Positions 61,512 through 64,000 of a DNA stretch of 64,000 bases are shown here, one piece after another (position 1 is the first letter of the stretch; each line of letters opens with the position of its first letter). The position numbers were made by a program, and so were the translations under genes. Origin of the DNA: a virus; the IMG/VR virus record IMGVR_UViG_3300037459_000226, positions 1-64,000 of that record. One strand, written 5' to 3'. The notes beneath the pieces are model-generated. The model saw only the letters and a program-made list of their open reading frames with translations. It was not told where the DNA came from and did no database searches.

Positions 61512-63403
61512 GCGGTGATTTCGACTATGAGCTCGCCCTGGTTTCCGTTGCAGCAAGGCAGTTGGTCAATCTCGTCGTTGCCCCCGAATGTTAAGAGAAG
61601 CGGATCGCAGACGTCATCGCCATTTGACGCCACACTGCCGTCGTAGCAGAATCCAAGGTCTATGACTATGAACAGCTCCCAAAACCCGCCGATGCACTCA
61701 AGGGTGAGTTCGGCAGTTTGGTCGCAGAATGCTCCGCTCCCGGTCCACTTATCGCCTCCATCCCCGGTCAGTGTGATTTCAACCCCATCACCGCACGGGC
61801 AGCCTCCATTATTAACCTGCATGAACGTTGCGGTGAGTGTCTGGTTTATCCCGGGATCGGGGCAGCAGTCCGTGATCTGTTTCGGAACGCCACCCGATCC
61901 AGACGCCAGAGAATCACAGTCACAGTCGCACAGATCGACGGAATGTAAAGCCGTCTCCGGCAACGAGGTCGTCTGATCTATGATCTCCCCGGCAGCGTTT
62001 CGCGTCGTCGTGACGATGGTCTTTTCTTCAGTCAGATGCAGCACGCACTCAATCAGGTCGAGATCAACACTGGTAACGTTATCAGTGGTGGTCGTGTTGC
62101 CCGGAACAGGTACGAGGTCAGCCTTCAGGCCGCATTCACCCGATGTCGAGAGTCCCGCTCCGGCGAGTTGCGTGTTGTCAACGCTCGGCGAGTTTCCCTT
62201 GAATTTCAGGCCGCAAGAACTGCTGAGGTCGATCTCCAGCGCACAACTATCCTCGCCCGCAGCAACCTTGAGGCCCCCACCGGCCAGCGCGGAAGGGTTG
62301 ACTTCAAGTCGGCCGGTTTCAGGGTTTTTTTTCAGCCCACAGCCTGGCTTCGCACCAGCGGAATCAACGGAGTGCAAGTACCATTTGTACTGATGCCAAA
62401 AAGCAACACCGTTATCTCCGTCCTCAATTGACCCCAATGGAGATACGGAGATACGAAATATCCTGGCATCCCACGCTCCAGTGCCGTCGCCTTCCTTCAA
62501 GCGAACGAGGACGTCTTCCTCAAGGGTGATATCATCGTCACCGCGAAAATCGGAGGTGACGACTCCGTCAATCATCTCGACTCGCAGTATTTCATGCTCT
62601 GTTCCTAAGCCATACCAGCGCCCATTGAGCCTGATTCCTTCAACAATATCTCCAATGTGTTCATTTTGGAGATCAAGAAAAGAAGCTCGTGTTGGCACTC
62701 GCTCCGGAAATTCAGCACTTTCAATATCCGGCATCCCAAATGCCACGCCTTTGAAAAACGGTCCGGGATGCAGTACCTCGAATTCGCTCCCCGTATCTGG
62801 AAAGATGCGAGTAACGACTCCGTTTTTGTCGACGTGCACCTTATACGCCAGAACGCTTTTACCATGTTCCTGCAAAGTTCGCTTGATGCCGATATTGGGA
62901 CCGTCCCGGTCAAACTCGCTGCTGTTTTCAATCAGCACCTCAAACTTCGCAAGCTCGACACCGCCTTTTGGCACAACAAGAAAGATTGGGACGTCATGGT
63001 CCGGGTACGGCTCAGAAACAGCAATGAATCCCTCCCCGCCCCAATCCTTGGCAGGCCGCATCTTTCCTTTCTGCGGTCCCCACTCTTCACCGATCTTCGG
63101 TGCTGGAATGTCGGGATCATCGTCGTATCTCACCCAAGTAGGTCCAATAATCGGCGTGCAGATTCCACTTTTGTCGGCATCAACCTTGGCATACCCCAGG
63201 GCGTAGTAAACCGGAGGGGTGATATTTTGGGCCTGCTGATTGTCCGCCCTAGTCATCGTCAGGAGGACGGGACTGTCATCCTCAACTTCAATCCCTTTAG
63301 TGGTTCCTGACGCCACTCTTTCGTGTTCAACAATTGAATGGCCCGAAAGATCGACTCCGTGATTTTTGAACCTGATCCATCTCCGGAATTCCGGTGTGCT
63401 CAT
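61508..63403 (-). CDS. Virion/tail-associated protein with Cys-rich C-terminus
   Basis: ATGA coupling on both sides; GCGLK/LAG.GL repeats. Confidence 0.6.
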   Translation of the reverse strand: MSTPEFRRWIRFKNHGVDLSGHSIVEHERVASGTTKGIEVEDDSPVLLTMTRADNQQAQNITPPVYYALGYAKVDADKSGICTPIIGPTWVRYDDDPDIPAPKIGEEWGPQKGKMRPAKDWGGEGFIAVSEPYPDHDVPIFLVVPKGGVELAKFEVLIENSSEFDRDGPNIGIKRTLQEHGKSVLAYKVHVDKNGVVTRIFPDTGSEFEVLHPGPFFKGVAFGMPDIESAEFPERVPTRASFLDLQNEHIGDIVEGIRLNGRWYGLGTEHEILRVEMIDGVVTSDFRGDDDITLEEDVLVRLKEGDGTGAWDARIFRISVSPLGSIEDGDNGVAFWHQYKWYLHSVDSAGAKPGCGLKKNPETGRLEVNPSALAGGGLKVAAGEDSCALEIDLSSSCGLKFKGNSPSVDNTQLAGAGLSTSGECGLKADLVPVPGNTTTTDNVTSVDLDLIECVLHLTEEKTIVTTTRNAAGEIIDQTTSLPETALHSVDLCDCDCDSLASGSGGVPKQITDCCPDPGINQTLTATFMQVNNGGCPCGDGVEITLTGDGGDKWTGSGAFCDQTAELTLECIGGFWELFIVIDLGFCYDGSVASNGDDVCDPLLLTFGGNDEIDQLPCCNGNQGELIVEITA

Positions 63404-63999
63404 TTGAGGAGTGCCCTCACTTTCTCGCGGTAGCGAGGCGCCCCAATTTCCGCCTCCATGTTGCGATAGACCCACGTCTGGCAGCCAGTTTCGATGCTGA
63501 CTTCCCACGTCACCTGGCGTTGAAGCCCGTCCGGGTCGATCGCTTGCAGGCCACGGTACACGACGTTCTGTGCGACTTCGGTTGTGGAAAATTCCTTTTG
63601 GGCGGCGTCGAGATGCAGACCCAACTCTGTTTCGGTATCGCCAGTGGTATCTTCGATGGAGTCAGGGACCAACGTGGCGCCTTGCGCGGCGCCAACATCT
63701 TCGATCCCGTATCGGCCCACCTTTGTGGCGAAAATGTCGAATCGCTTGCTGACAAGCGGCTCAGTGTTGTTGTTGCTGATCTGCCGTTGCAGCGTCACTC
63801 TTTCCAGCAGCCCCGTGTCGAAGTCGCTGACCTGAAAACTGGTGGTCAACCACAACAACGCTTCCTCAATCCCATCCGCATCTTCTGTCCACCTGAATGC
63901 CGGACGACTCAGCAGGACGAGACCCGAATCGCCGATCGTCTGGAACGATCCCTGCCAGATGGTTCCGCGAACGGTGTTTGTGAACGTTTCGGGATCCCC
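63400..63999 (-). CDS. Virion/tail protein, 3' part (5' end outside the window)
   Basis: Frame is open from the window edge to TGA 63400; DG..RQVTW motif. Confidence 0.6.
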   Translation of the reverse strand, partial: GDPETFTNTVRGTIWQGSFQTIGDSGLVLLSRPAFRWTEDADGIEEALLWLTTSFQVSDFDTGLLERVTLQRQISNNNTEPLVSKRFDIFATKVGRYGIEDVGAAQGATLVPDSIEDTTGDTETELGLHLDAAQKEFSTTEVAQNVVYRGLQAIDPDGLQRQVTWEVSIETGCQTWVYRNMEAEIGAPRYREKVRALLK

Positions 64000-64000
64000 G

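Noticed and set aside
1-64000. Genome-wide TGA reassignment
   Set aside because: Many genes end in TGA with ATGA/TGATG coupling, and long conserved genes have no internal TGA

Overview
The window is 64 kb of a GC-rich tailed-phage (Caudoviricetes, probably podovirus-like) genome with no host flanks and no integrase. The host is most likely a Planctomycetota bacterium, judged from a DUF1580-like protein and a planctomycete-type RimI. Layout: (1) 1-8.4 kb, minus strand: head/packaging (scaffold, major capsid protein [MCP], decoration protein, glycosyltransferase-methyltransferase fusion, putative TerS, and TerL running off the left edge). (2) 8.5-25.3 kb, plus strand: small accessory/early genes. 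(3) 25.3-32.1 kb, minus: virion and possible lysis genes. (4) 32.1-54.6 kb, minus: replication, recombination and DNA-modification genes (RusA, HerA-like ATPase, DnaB, MT-A70, PAPS-reductase-like, SPPY methyltransferase, initiator, RNA ligase, RecT-like, YqaJ, SMC-like ATPase, CsrA, XRE). (5) 54.6-64 kb, minus: internal virion and tail genes. Most notable: an operon divergent from the capsid genes (9.3-10.5 kb) whose small proteins resemble separate segments of the phage's own MCP, three of them with twin-arginine (Tat) signal peptides. Also found: two early genes with an in-frame UGA followed by SECIS-like hairpins; a 1.6-kb transposase-less element (25-bp perfect TIRs, 8-bp TSD) carrying a Panacea antitoxin and splitting an HNH gene; two single-gene cassettes bounded by IS1595-like inverted repeats; and a 246-nt tRNA-shaped RNA with an enlarged anticodon domain. 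All calls are from manual reading; no database search or folding program was run.
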